A stretch of 64,000 nucleotides of DNA from Podarcis erhardii (GCA_964252035.1 OZ176203.1), one strand, 5' to 3'. Counted from the first letter of the stretch, positions 38,231 to 52,344 are shown. Notes: generated by a model not told the origin, from the letters alone. Translations and numbers: made by a program.

Positions 38231-39189
38231 TATACAAAAGGGAATAATATTTTGAATATAATATTTGAATATCTTCTAGTCTTTGCGCAGCCACCTTTAG
38301 CTTTCCTTTGGTTTTAAGTATTCATGGGGAAGAATCCTCACTGATATTTTTCTGATCTATCCATAGTAGCTTTGATAACTTTAAAGGGGTTGTCGCCAGT
38401 GCTATCGGTGTAGAGTCTATTTCTTCACAAGCAGTCTAGCTCCTGTACAGAATCCACTAGCTCCCTCGGGTAGCAAGCATGAGCATGCTGTATCCTTTAC
38501 AAGGTCCCAGTGATTGCAAATGGTGTGTGCTCCATTGATCTCTCCTACTGGGATTTCGCCAGCAATTCAACCCTTCCTTAGCAGCCAAGTGCTATTACTA
38601 TAGGCAGGGAAAAGCAACTGTAGAAAAAAGTCCTGATGAAAAAGGACAAGAAACATTTGTCATCTTTGATCAGGGTTATGAAAATTTGTGGCATGTGGGG
38701 GAAAGTCTTTCTAACAAACTATCATTCTTTATTGTTGCCTTGTATTTTATGTCTAGAAGTAGTTCAGCAAAGAACCCATTCAGCAACTTTTATGCTACTT
38801 TAATTTTAAGAAGCTATTTGTTTATATACATGTTCTGTTGGTTTGTATTACATGAAAGGAAAAGAGCAGATTCAGAATATATGAAAACTATTCAGACACA
38901 TTTCTCCTGATTAAAATGATTAGCAAAGACCTAGTAAATAGGCATCCCCAGTTAATACTGTGTTGTTCTCAAACTGGCTCACTATCATTACTGATGAACA
39001 ATTTGTTTAGTTACAGTAGGTTGCAATGTTAAATAACAATATTTAAAATTACATATTACCAGCAGTAAGCAATTTCCACCACCATCATTCACAGTGCTAT
39101 CCAGAAGAACTCCCCCCATTGTTGTTTGAGGTCTCTTTGAAGCTGGTCAGGTAGGAGATGTGAAGGAACTATTACTAACTATTATGCAG

Positions 39190-40310
39190 GGCCTGATGCA
39201 TCACACCCAAGGGTATTAAAAAAGAAATTATGGATGTAATTTCAGAGCCTCTGTCTATAATCTTTTGAGAATTCTTGGAGAACAGGTGAGGTTCCTGCAG
39301 ACTGGGGATGAGCAAATGTTGTCCCCAAAAGAGGAAAAAAGAAGACCCAGGTAACTACCAACTGGTGAGCTTGACATCAATACAGGAATGGTCCTAGAAC
39401 AGATAATTAAACAGTTGGTCTGTGAGCACTTAAAAAAGGATGCTGTGATTACTAAGAATCAGCATGGGTTTCTAAAAAAATAAGTCATTCAATCTCATTC
39501 CCCCCCCCCCCATTACAAACGTGGTGGATCAGGGGAATGCTGTGGACATAGTAAATCTTGATTTCAGGCTTTTGACAAAGTCCCCCATGATATTCTTGTG
39601 GTTAAGCTGGTAAAAACGTAGGCTGGATGCGGTAACTTGTTAGATGGATTTGTAGCTGGATGACTAACTGAATCCAAAGAGTACACAATGTTCCTTGTCA
39701 TCCTAGGGAAAAGAGACAAATGGGGTGCCGCATGGTTCTGTCCTGGGCCCATTGTTGTTCAATGTCTTCAGAAACGATTTGAAGGAATTGAAAGGATGCT
39801 CATCAAATTTGCAGATGACACCAAACTGATTGGGGTAGCTAATGCTGCAGAACACAGAATCAGAATTCAAAATGACTATAACAGATTGGAGAACTGGGCC
39901 CAAGCTAACAAAATGAATGTCAATAGGGCTAAATGTAAGGTTCTGCACTTCGGCAGGTAGAGCCAGATGCACAAATATAAGATGGAGGACACCTGGACTG
40001 CCAGTAGTACATGTGAAAAGGATCTAGGGTCATAGTGGACCACAAACATAACATGAGTCAACAGTGTGATACAACAGCAAAAAAAAGCTAATGCTCTTCT
40101 AGGCTGCATCAACAGAAGTATAGGTCAAGGGAAGCAATAGTACCACTCTATTCTGCCTTGGTCAGACCACACCAGGAATACTATGTCCAATTCTGGGCAC
40201 CACAATTTAAGAAGGATGTTGACAAGCTGGAATGTGTGTAGAGAAGGGCAACCAAGAGGATCAAGGGTCTGGAAAGCAAGCCTTATGAGGAGCGGTTGAA
40301 GGAGCTGAGT
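39190..40310 (+). mobile_element. Degenerate CR1 LINE RT-region fragment
   Basis: aactaccaactggtgagcttgac (NY.LVSL), gcttttgacaaagtcccccat (AFDKVPH), FADDTKL in ORF 39688..39960, and gtccaattctgggcaccacaatttaagaagg. Confidence 0.88.
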
Positions 40311-42873
40311 GATAATTTCAAATTATCTGGACTCCTGATCGAAATCATCTGAAGCACTTACACATGAGTAACATGCTAAATATCAGTGACAGGTCTGGAG
40401 TATGGATGTCATGGAGATAATGCCAATCAGCAAGTCTGTGTTTCATGCCACATGTTCTTTTTATACGTAGATTCTAATGAGTGGAGGGATCATTAGAGAT
40501 ACTGCTTCAGACTACAGGTGGGTGCTGGCATACTTTTATGCCTCTCCACAGAAATAAATTAATGCCACAACAGAGATAACTAGATGACAAAGTTAAGTCC
40601 AAGCCTCGCCTTCTCCTTGACTGCTAGTTTCCCCAATGCAGGGAACACTTTTGCATGAAGGAACAATAAATCATATGATACACTTCAGAAACAGGCTAAT
40701 GAATCTGTTGTTTGCAGGAAGTAGGCTGTAGAAATCCTTCCTTCCTTCCTACATCATCATGACCAACTTTTTAGTATAATAATTTAGAACATGAGGTTTT
40801 GAGTGTCAATGCCATGTGATCTTACAAGCAGAATTAATTACATCTTTTCCAATGCATTAACCCTTTGCAAGGGGATTCTTGACATAAGTAAGTGGCATGT
40901 ATTAGAAAGCAAATACATGAGGTCCATACTTTCTGCGCAACAGAAGATAAATATCATATAAGATTATCATTGCCCAGGTTTCACAATGAATGTTTTTCTG
41001 ACCTCGCACAACAACATCATTTGTTACCATTAAGCTGCTGGCAGAAATGTTTAGATGGCAGCTTGCATTTTACAGTTCCCCAAGAATGATTTAGAGCATA
41101 AAGCCCACACTCCTTTTCTACTTCGCTGACAATTAGTAGGTTAAAGAAGCTCTAACCTTTTCTGGAAACCTAATTTATTAAATACTGTGACAACAAGTCT
41201 GGCACCATATGTGGAATAAAAATGCACTGGGAAGCTTTGCTTGGCTTTTTCCTATATAGCAAATTATGCAAAGGAGCCATTTTGTTTCAACAAAGAAAAA
41301 TGTGTTATATTAATAAGGTATTTGTCATTCATTTAGATTCCTGACACTGGGACGCTAATATTACACATTGCCTCTAGAGGGAGGGGGAGAGGTGAAGAAA
41401 CAATAATTGGGTTCAAATGAAGAAAAGCTCACTGCAACAGAAGACAGGCCTGCAAGTAAACAAGGGACATTGCGGCATCCAAGCTTTGTAAAACCATCCC
41501 AGCAACTATTCACATTTAACATTTAAACGTCAGGATGTGAAACCTCAGGGAATTGTACATTACAATTTGAGTGATTTCTCAGCAGTAGAAATTGGATATG
41601 AAATTTCATAAGTTACCACTGTATTCCAAATTCCAGCATGGTCCTGAAATCAGCACAGCCCTTACAACATAAGCTCCATCACTTCAGAGTTCAGTGTATA
41701 ATGACAGAAGTGGTCACCACAGATTAGGGTTGCCACACATCCCTAGCAAAATGGGATCATCAAGAGTGTCCCGTGTCCTGTTTGGACTACAGGATGCCTC
41801 CCCCCCCCCCCCCGTATTCAAGCTCACCCCTCCTCCTCAAAACTGCACAGGCAGAGGGTGTCAGAGCCTCCGTACTACCGAGCTGTAATGGCTACTCCTC
41901 CGGCCGTATCTTCGGAACCCCATCCAGGCTCTCCTCTGATGGTGATTAATGACCTAAGCCTTTGAATGAGACTTCAGGCATGCTCCCCATTGCACAGAAT
42001 ACTCAGACAGCAGCAGAAGGAGCCAGAAATATGTGCTACATTGCCACTTTATTTCTAACTATGCAAGACAGAAAAGAATATGCATCTGCTCTCTGTGAGA
42101 GACATAAAACAACAGGACACAGAAACAGGAAACCAGTAACTTCAACATCCGTCTCCCATCTCCCGTGAGACTTCCAACAGTCTGGAATGTCAACAGAGTC
42201 TTGTGACTCCAAGAACTGCACAGTGGCATAACAGAAACCTAACAGAGGGTGGGTCTGGTGGAGAGAGAGAGAGGTTTGTGCAGGCAGGGCAGAACGTGGG
42301 TCTGGTTCATTGGCTGGCGTCACCCGCCTGCCTCCCTTCCCCTCACCTGCTGTCAGTGTCCTCACCACTGCTGTATTGTTCTACCAAACCCCAGGAGCAA
42401 TCCCTCCCTTCCATGACACCATCGGGCATAAGAAGGAGGTGGCCAGCCCAACATGGCAGCTGCATCACTGCTGGTGCAGCTGATGAGGAGCCTGGCTCAA
42501 CACAAGTGACAATAGAGAGAAGGAGGAAAGAATCACTTCCTCTCCCTCCCTTGCCCCCTCCTTCCTTCCCTCTCTCTGGTACTCCTCCTCAGCCGCCACC
42601 CCCAGACTAGAATGGTGCGGGTCCATTGCCACTTGATCCTCTCGGTGGTCCCTACCTGACCTCTACTCCTCCATCCTCTTCCTCCACACTTGAGTCTCTG
42701 CTGCTGGCAGCATGGGGCCGTCTACATGAGTCAGGGAGAAGAGCAGAACCAGGGGGTGAGGGGAGTGGAAGGCCAAATGTGGGAAATCCCCCCCCCAAAG
42801 GGAGTATGTGTGCCCCCAATCCCCACTTCTACCTGTCCCATATTTTGACCAACCAAAGTTCACAAATCTACCA

Positions 42874-43218
42874 CAGAAGAAGAAGAAGAAGAAGAAGAAG
42901 AATTTATTTATACCCCACCCACATCTGGCTGGATTTCCCCAGCCAATCTGGGAGGCTCCCAATAGAATATTAAAAACGCGATAAAAGATCAAACATTAAA
43001 AACTTCCCTAAAAAGGGATGCTTTCAGATGTCTTCTAAAAGTGTAGTTCTTTATCTCCTTGACATATGATGGGAGGGTGTTCCACAGAGTGAGCAACACT
43101 ACCGAGAAGGCCCTCTGCCTGGTTCCCTGTAACTTCACTTCTCGCAGTGAGGGAACTACCAGAAGGCCCTCGGAGCTGGACCTCAGGTCCGGGCTGAACA
43201 ATGGGGGTGGAGATGCTC
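42874..43218 (-). mobile_element. L2 3' fragment with (CTT)n tail
   Basis: ORF 42989..43201 (LRSSSEGLLVVPSLREVKLQGTRQRAFS...LFREVFNV) is nearly identical to the 32229 L2 C-terminus. Confidence 0.92.
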
Positions 43219-46200
43219 CCAGAAAGGTTGTGTGAATCAGCTTAGATTTATCAAGTGTTCTGCTGTGGCTACATTCTATGCTACTGCATGGGAGGAAACG
43301 AAATGCTTATCTGGCTTATTTGCATGCTCATTTTCTAAAAGCAATTTTCAGTATAGAAATTATAGAAGAAATCAATTTATAATCGGTGTTTCAACATTGT
43401 TAATTTTATCAGAATTTGTTGATCTCATTTTTAATGTTCATTTCCCCTTTTAATTTCCTTTTTCCTTTCTGTTCAGAAGGTTTTCATAGATATCTCCCTT
43501 GCATTGGCATTTTTTTGTGTCCATAATAATAACCCACTCAATATTTCAAAATACATTTTAGGGGGGAATTATTTTCTTACAGATCTTTTACAAGTTTTAA
43601 GTGTCTTTGCAGAAACCTTCTCCCAAGGGAAAGAAAGGTGGCCAAAATCCATCAGAGAGTAGGATAAGAAAGCTTTGGCTGGCACTCATCCCTTGAAGAA
43701 ATGCAGGAGAGACTATTATTGACTTGTACCCCCTTTTTGAAAAACATTTTACTCCATTACACCTATTCTCTTTGTGGAGATTTGAACTAGTGGTGTCTTC
43801 CAAATTACTCCTTTGACAACCATAGCATGAACGCAGAGTGCTTTGTATTTAAAATTAACAAATTATTATGCCATTTGGCTAAGTATACTTGCAGATAACT
43901 ACCGAAAAATTTCTACTCAAGTTAACTAACTATTCTGTCAGGCATACACCAAACAACAACCAAGAGGAATAGCTAACAAGAGCAACACATTTGCTTAATG
44001 ATTTCATCATCTGTGATTACTTGCTTAGCTGACTGCAATATTATGAAAAATTCATCCAACAAAATAGCCACACTGAGTAATATTTTTCTCTCATCTTACG
44101 GAAGAAATAGGGTTGGGGAATCTCTAGATCAGGGTTTTGAAGGAATGAAAGTTCTTTTCTCATCACGGAAGGCCAAATTGGTCTAATGCAGATCCATGCC
44201 ACTGTCATATTCACTAATAAGCAATTTCATTCTGTTCCCACATTAGTCTCTGGCTTTTAAAAAGTTGCATGAAAATCCATGTTTAAATATTATTTAATTC
44301 CAAATTCCAAAATAAATCTTTTTTTTAAAAAGCTTCTAAATGAATTTGGATTAGTACTGTGACAGAACCTGTCCTCCAATTTTCCCAAAGTGTTCTTCCC
44401 TCATGAAAGACACTTCCATTTTTTTCTGCCTCATTCTCAGAGAGCTGCAAAATTTCTTTAGAACTTGGGTAGGGCTCTGATCATTTTTGTCAGGACACTG
44501 ATATACAGGCTGATATGTTTGACCCATTAATTATTTCTCCAGTGCTCTATAGCCTTCTCCACTGTAGACACCTCCTGATCTGGAACACCTCAGCGGAGGA
44601 GTTAGGTCACACCTACACCATACAGGGTGTAAAAATGGAATAAGAATGTTTTAAATGTATGGTGTGGATGCAACCTAATACCTTTGGTGTCTTGTCTCCA
44701 GACCTACTGCAGCTGTGAAAGCTACCACTACCACTCCAATTGTGGGCAGCAAGGGAGGCCCGAGTTTGGTTCTGTGGCCACCATGATTGAAGCTGGGGAG
44801 AAGTCCTTTGTCAAAAACATCTGGATCCATAATCCAGATAGGGCCCTCTCCTTTCCACAGCACCCAAGCATGGTCATCCCAACCACTGTGATTTGAGTGG
44901 CAGAAGGAATCTATGCAGCAACAGGGCTCTCAGGTCAGCTCACCATAGGCAGGAAGAGATGCCTCCCTATGGAGAACACTGTTCCATTGACTGGTGACAC
45001 TGGGAATAACTGGAAGCTTGAAAGAATACTTGTACCAAGATTTGAGCTTAACCAAAAATCAAGACATTTTCTAGGATAGTTGGTGGATTAACAATTGGTG
45101 ATGGCACCATCCACGAGCTGAGCGATTCCCCTCATGGACATAGGGAAAATATTACTGTCCTTGTGAGCATGGGCCAGTGGGAGTAGGGAACCTGAGCGAA
45201 TGAAGGAGCACTGACTTATTAGTTAGTTTATGTCTCTGATGTTTGCCTCAGTGAGGTTTTGCTAAATCATTGCCTGCTTTAATGGCTGTACAGTTTCTAA
45301 GCAGAGAAAAGGCAAAGAAGAAACAGAAAGTGATGTAAACCTCATGAATGTATAATCCAGGCCTCTTAAATTAAATATAAGAGATAGAAGGTCTTATGGG
45401 CCTAGAATTGAGGGAAGGCAATGCATTTTTTCCTATTGAAGTGCAGCAGTCTGCTACTTCTTACTCCGCTCTGTGAAAAGATTTGTTATATTCTCTTTTG
45501 TTGAGTACCAGGATGCCTGCAAACCTGAAAATATACCACATGTTTTAATATTAATTAGAATGAACAGCCAAACTTTGAATAGCAAACTCTCACTTTAAAA
45601 GAAAGTGATGGGAAGATTTTTCAATTTTAGAAGGCTTCATTTCAGAAGAGTTGTGTAACTATTAAGTGATGGAGCATTTTTTAAAAAAAAGACTGCTTTG
45701 AAAAAGTTTTTGAATTTGCCTTTTCAAGGAACATTGCTCATAAATTTATGAGCTATTTATTAATATCTTAAGTACTGCCTTGCTGAATTTTCATAAGTAA
45801 ACAATTTTGCTTTGAAAATTGTGTTTTTGAAGCCCTCTAAACATATCCTGAACGTTCTTGCTTACCTTGCTTGCTATTTTTCAAAACCTTTTCAGACCCC
45901 AGTTGACTGCTGGTTTGGGAGCATTGTAGTGCTGCTGCTGTTTTCTAAAACAGCAACAATAAGCAAATTATAAGTATTGGTTTTCTTCCTTGCTATGTGA
46001 TTCCAGACAACAGGGGATCACATATTCATTGTGCTTATAGGACAACCCCGTGTAGCCAATGCGATTCAGCTGCAGATTTCTGACAATATCGCAAAGTCAA
46101 TTCAGAGTAAGAATAAAAGTTCCCACCTTCATATAAATTGATTATAATATTTTTACAGGACTTGATTGCCTGTGCTTTTTTTCTAGGGGTACTCAAGGGT

Positions 46201-46318
46201 ACGCAATACCTGCATATTAAAAAGTGTGGCACTTACTATAACAACTTCATGGTGAATTCTGACACATTTTTCTCCCTAAAAAATCAGCACTGCTCATTAC
46301 TCATCCTTCATCATAAGC

Positions 46319-46351
<33 letters not shown>
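46319..46351. repeat. (GT)n microsatellite
   Basis: Seen directly. Confidence 0.95.
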
Positions 46352-46353
<2 letters not shown>

Positions 46354-47796
46354 TCCATACTGACAAAAAGCAGTGTAAATAGCTTTGCCCCTGGAAAATC
46401 TCTTTTAAAAATCTCTTTTCACAGTTGTGGAAGCATTCATAGAAGAACATTTTTCTTGCTTAGTCTTGAGTAACAAATTGACATAGGCTTAAAAACAACA
46501 ACACAAGAACAAAATAAAAGGACTGCAACAAATATATTTTATGCATTACAAATAAATGAATTGCCTTGAAATTTCCTCTATAGCAAAATTCAAATCTAAT
46601 TCAGTGTTGCTCCAGCTGAACAACCAAGAAATAGGAAAGTAGCCAAATGAAATTCCATAGGATTATCAGAATTTCTCAGGGGGCAATCTATATATCTCTG
46701 TATTTCACCTAAAGCAAAACTGAAGCAAATTTAGAGGTTCCAAACACTGACACCAAACCAGGTTGGTAGTGGAACAGTAAATTCAAATAAATATAAAACA
46801 GAGAAGCAATGTTTGCAGGAGGAATTCTACTCAGATCCAACCCTAAACTATGAGGATAGATGGGAAGATGTAAGTGATTCTAGTCAGGGCTGGACAAACC
46901 ATAAGAAAGGATGAAATTGTTTTCCTTAAGTAAAGGATTTAAGCCTACCATTATAGGGCAGTGTGTTGTCAATTATCAGTTTATTATTATATTTTTTCCA
47001 CCATTTTCGATTTCAGCCTCAAACTCCACCATGTTTTGGGCCAACTTTCACTGCTGCCTACTTATTTATAGGGCACAACTTTACATGCATGAAAAAGTTT
47101 ACTTCCCAGATAATGTAGAGAAAGTTGCAACGTAATTAAATTGAATATTCATGTACCAGGTAGTGGGGAAACAAACCTTGTAGCTCTAATGATGTGGAAG
47201 TACATTGCCTTGTACCAAATTTGGCTTCTCATATCTAACACACATTTATTCGATGAAAATGTTTTGGCATCTATAAGGGTGAGCATTTGCTATTCCTAAG
47301 TATTGCCAGGTATGTTATATTTCATCTTTCAGACTGAGAGTCAAGAAGCAGCTATGACCTAATGGAGTTGTTAATTTCTATAAGGTAAAACATGGACGAA
47401 GTCCTTGTGATACCATAGGGAGAAACACTGAGGAGCTGGCAGCCATTTTTGTGTGAATCTACAGCCAAGCTCTCCCCATTTATAAAGTCCTCCTCATTTG
47501 TAATGCCTCTGTGTCTATAACACTGCCATGAAATTTAACAGGAGTGTCTTTCCCCAACTCAGTATTTCTTGAGATTTCCACCTGGCATCAAGCTATAGGT
47601 GCTACAGAGGAAAAGTGGGGGCTCTAATCTAATCAATCATGGCACATGCCCTCTTTGAGTGTTACAGTTCCTAAGTTGGTATACAGAGGGGATGGAAGTG
47701 GTGACATGCCAGATAGCCTGGGGTCCACGTTAAGAGTATGAACACCCACCATGATGGAAACTTCATGATTAATATTGTCACAATTAGGGTTTAGAT

Positions 47797-47939
47797 AAGG
47801 CATAGGGTTAGGCAAATGCGGCCCTCCAGATGTTTTTGGGACTACAACTCCCATCATCCCTGACCACTGGTCCTGTTAGCTAGGGATGATGGGAGTTGTA
47901 GTCCCAAAACATCTGGAAGGCTGAGTTTGCCTATGCCTG
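47797..47939. mobile_element. Palindromic hAT MITE (gactacaactcccatc family)
   Basis: Hairpin with TIR ..ggcataggcaaa / gtttgcctatgcctg and a perfect 8-bp TSD gtttagat. Confidence 0.88.
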
Positions 47940-49149
47940 GTTTAGATCTTGAGGAAGCAATCACATATACAGCTGGACACACAATCTCATCTCACAGGAT
48001 GAGAGGGAGCGAGGAGAAAAAGGGAGAAAACGAAAGAAGCAATAGGTGGTTTCTCCAGTCAAGTCAGAAATACCTTCCCAGTAGGAGCAGGGACAGGCAT
48101 TTGAAGAGGATTCCTAATGAGAGGGGAGAGGGGAATGGGGAACATTTTGCCCTGTGTTGAATTAATACGGGACACAGCATTTTACCTTGAAATACAAGAC
48201 AATCCCGTATTATGAAGAACCAGTGGCAACACTAGAGGTAAGACGGGGAAAGGCTCTTGTCAGTGGTGGTGCCCCAGTTGTGAAATCCCCCCCCCCAGTT
48301 CCCCAGTTCCTCTATTGTGCCCTTTCCAGTGTTAAGTGAAGTCCTTTTTACTTTCCCAGGTTTTTCAGGTTTTTCTTTCAAAAATTTAAACATGCTTTCT
48401 TGTTATTGTCTGCTCTGCCTTCGCTACTTTTTATTTATTTTTTTTTATGCCTTGTATACACACACACACATTATGGGTTTCTTTTTTCCCTTGAAAACTG
48501 CCCAGGAAAAGTCTTGGTATTGGGACATATAGAATTCTTATTCTCAGTAGTAGTAGTAGGAGGAGGAGGAGGAGGAGGAGGAAAATTGGTATTCCACCCT
48601 TCATCTGAAGATCTCAGGGTGTCTCACAGCATAAAAACACAAAATAAAAACATTGTTTATTGTAATGATATTGTAATTAACCTCATGAATTATTAAAAGT
48701 TTAGTGCTTCTGTGGCTCACTGCACTTCCAAAAGTTACTCTGTTTCTTGAATTTTGAAATGTTTTCCACATTAGAGACAAGATGACAGGTGGTTGATCCG
48801 TGCTGGCCTTGAATGGCTTGCCAGCCCTAGCCAAAAACGAGGCATCTGCCAACTGCATCCTTGTTTCATTCCCAGAATCAGCCAACACAGCTTGTTTGGC
48901 ATCTTCTGAATGCATGCTGCGCATCCCTAAGGGCAATCAGGACGGTGAGGTTGCTTGGACAGAAGGAATGTTACTTCTTCTGGCTGAGGTTCTATTCTTG
49001 CATTGGGGAATGTACCGCTTCAGACTGCAGATGGGGGCTTAAGAGGAAACTTAAAGCACAACGCACAAAGATTATGCTGAGGCCTTTCTCCTCAGGGCTC
49101 AGATATTGAAAGAACACGCCCCCCCTGAACTTCAAAAATAATGAATTAG

Positions 49150-50250
49150 AACTATATAATCACTGTGTTGGAAGGCACCTCAGAAGTCGGTTAGTCCAAT
49201 CTCCTACTGATGCAGGAAACCCATTACTACAGCATCCCTTGTTAGGCCATCCAGTCAACCGTAGATGTTGAATAGCACCTAATGAACTTCTAGTATACAC
49301 AACTCCTTTGACTTTCCTCATAGGACTTAGTCTTCAGGCCCTTCAACATCTTTGTTGCCCTCTAGACATGTTCTTGTGGGATGTGGGTGGCGCTGGGGGT
49401 TAAACCACAGAACCTAGGACTTGCCGATCAGAAGGTCAGCGGTTCGAATCCCCGCAACGGGGTGAGCTCCCTGCTCCTGCCAACCTAGCAGTTCGAAAGC
49501 ACATCAAAGTACAAGTAGATCAATAGGTACCGCTCCGGTGGGAAGGTAAACGACACTTCCGTGCACTGCTCTGGTTTGCCAGAAGCAGCTTAGTCATGCT
49601 GGCCACATGACCCGGAAGCTGTGCACCGACTCCCTCAGCCAATAAAGCGAGATGAGTGCCGCAACCCCAGAATCGGCCACGACTGGACCTAATGGTCAGG
49701 GGTCCCTTTACTTAGACATGTTCTAGTTTGTGAATACCCTTCTTAAACTTCAGTGCCCAGTATTTCAGGTGAGGTTTGACCAAAGTTGGAGTACCATTAC
49801 TCCTCATGAATTAGGCACTATACTTCTGTTGATTCAGACTAGCATTACATTAGTGTTTATTTGCTGCTGTCCTGCCCTGCTGACTTATGCTTATCTTAAA
49901 ACCTCTAGATCCTTTTCACGTATCAAAACAGATATCACCCATCATGCTTGTGCATTGGATCCAATTTGATGTCATCTGCAAATTTCGTGAGCATCCTTCT
50001 AAATATATTAAACAGCACCAGGACCAGCAGCACCCAATTTGTCACTTTTTCCAGATAGATGATTAGCTATTGAGTAACATTCTTTGGGCACAGACCATTA
50101 ACCAGCTACAAATCCATCCAACTGTAGAATAATGTAACCTAAATTTTACTAGCTTGCAAAGAGAATTGTTAAAATTCTTGCTGAAATCAAGGTATTTTAT
50201 TAGCATTCCCCTAATCTACCATAATAGTAACTATAACAAGAAAGGAGAGA
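49150..50250 (-). mobile_element. Old CR1 3' fragment hosting a Sauria SINE
   Basis: gttggaaggcacctcagaagtc..tagtccaat end, caggtgaggtttgacca, gtcatctgcaaattt (reverse complement of KFADD), cttgctgaaatcaag. Confidence 0.75.
49378..49712 (+). mobile_element. Sauria SINE, full length
   Basis: gggatgtgggtggcgctgggggttaaaccac...ggttcgaatccc...ggggtccctttac, with a 12-bp TSD tagacatgttct at 49363-49374 and 49713-49724. Confidence 0.95.
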
Positions 50251-52157
50251 ATGGATTAGACATATTCAGAATATACCCATTAAAATTAATAGACTTAAGT
50301 CCTTTGATTTCAGCAGGTCTACTCTGACTACAGCTAATATTGGATATCACTTAATCTTAGTGACCTTCATCATTTGATTTATTTTTGCCAGGTTGGGAGA
50401 AGACGGGCAAAGTAGGAGTTGAACAGGTAAAAAACTTCTTACTGTTTTTAATGTCTTGTACGTTTCTGAGCTAATTATTTTAGCCCTCTGGACCCTCTCT
50501 CTACAATATTTGGTTCCTCATTCCACTTATTCTTGGTTCTTTGCCCCCCCCCCACTCCTTATATGTGTTCCCTTAAATTCTGAGCTCACCAAATAGCTCC
50601 TTGTGCAGCCCCTCCAGTCGAACAGCCTTCGTAACTGGGTATCAAAATTTCCTTGACCTGAACAATATTTCCCCCCGCACTTAAATGTAAAAGGGGAGCC
50701 AAACCAAACTATATCTGAATCCTCAATTTTTATTTTTATATTAAGCAACACTCTTCAGTACTTATTCAATGAGTTTTGCATTGGAGCTGTGCTTTGAGGA
50801 TGGCTCTGCAAGATGACATTATCATTTTCCCCGAGGCAAACAAGATGGGGATTTCATTCAAAGAGAAGCACTCATTATACACAAGGACTACTTCCCTTCA
50901 TTTATCTTATAACTTTGAAGTATTGCAAAAATAGATATAATGACCTATTGCTGCAAAGGCAGTTTCATGCTAGATGGTTCCAAATCGTCTCTAATCCCTG
51001 CCAGCTGTGGCTTGTAAGGTATCTGTTGAAAGAATTTGAAAGATGTAGTCATTTGTCATCACGAAACAAGTGACTTTATTTTTCATTGCAATCTATCACC
51101 TCTTCAGAATCATATCTATTTGGGGAAGGAGTGAATAGGTTTCCATTTTTGTGACTTTTCAGCAAATTATTCCTTTCTCTTTTACTGAATGAAAGTCTAG
51201 TTATGGATATTTTAAAAAAATTCCTTGTTTTTAATTCCCTGATCCCTTCTCTTCCCATTCCTCCCTTGTCTTCTGCACTGACAGAAGTACCTTGAGAAAA
51301 GAGGCATCTATTTTATTATTATGAAACTCTGTTGAGATCCATAGACATTATTGTACATGCGCATGTGACAGAACTACTGCTACTCTTTGGATTTGTTTTT
51401 TGGTCTGATGATTTACAAACCATTGTTTTTGCACCTTTGTGTGTGTTTGCACACCTGCCAACTATTTTTATATTTAAATTTGTATTAAGTTTATTAAAAT
51501 TACAAAATAAAGATGCAAACCTTCAATCCTACCCCTCTCGCAACACATATCCATACATGTTCATATAATATACAATATTTAACCCCACACATAAAACTAC
51601 CTATTCACATTGAATGACAGAAACACAAAAATACAGGTACAGTTTTGTAGTCTCAATGTGTGGATGAGATGAAGGGGTTTGGATTTAATAGGCACTGGGG
51701 AAAATTCTGGGCAAGCCAGGCCTGTAGAAGAGGGACTGGCTCCACTTGAACTGGGATGGAACCAGACTGTTGGCACCCACAGTCAAAAAGATGGCAAAAG
51801 CGTCAGCTTTTGAGGGGGAGAGACAATAGGAGCTGAGGAGCGTTCGGTTCAGAATGAATCTCCTCACCTAAAATGAAGATGATAAAACTGATGAAAATTT
51901 AAATGGGGGTGGCCAAGAAGTTGGCATTGTGGGTGCAGAGCCACAAGATAGCAATTCAGAGAGGCCAAAGTACCACAAATCAAAATTCAAATGCCAAAGA
52001 CACTTAAAGAGGCAGTTTGCATATAAGTGTTTGCCAACATGGGTGAACCGGAGTGTTTGGTCTTATAGGATGGTGTTGATATAGAAGGTATAGTGGAAAG
52101 TTGGTGGAAAGGAGAGAACCATTGGGGCATGGTTATTTTTTGATATAAACTCTATAG

Positions 52158-52293
52158 CAGGCATGGTCAAGCTTGGCCCTCCAGCTGTTTTGGGACTACA
52201 ATTCCCATCATCCCTGACCAATGGTCCTGTTAGCTAGGGATGATGGGAGTTGTGGTCCCAAAACAGCTGGAGGGCCAAGTTTGGCCATGCCTG
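52158..52293. mobile_element. Palindromic hAT MITE (gactacaactcccatc family)
   Basis: Hairpin with TIR caggcatgg / ccatgcctg and a perfect 8-bp TSD ctctatag. Confidence 0.92.
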
Positions 52294-52344
52294 CTCTATA
52301 GGAAGGGCAGAGCGGTATCACAGGTTGAGGTATCACAGTTGGAG

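Noticed and set aside
41724-48233. Possible 6.5-kb element bounded by tagggttgccac and gtggcaacacta
   Set aside because: No matching TSD and no transposase ORF between them; these termini are common to many short independent copies.
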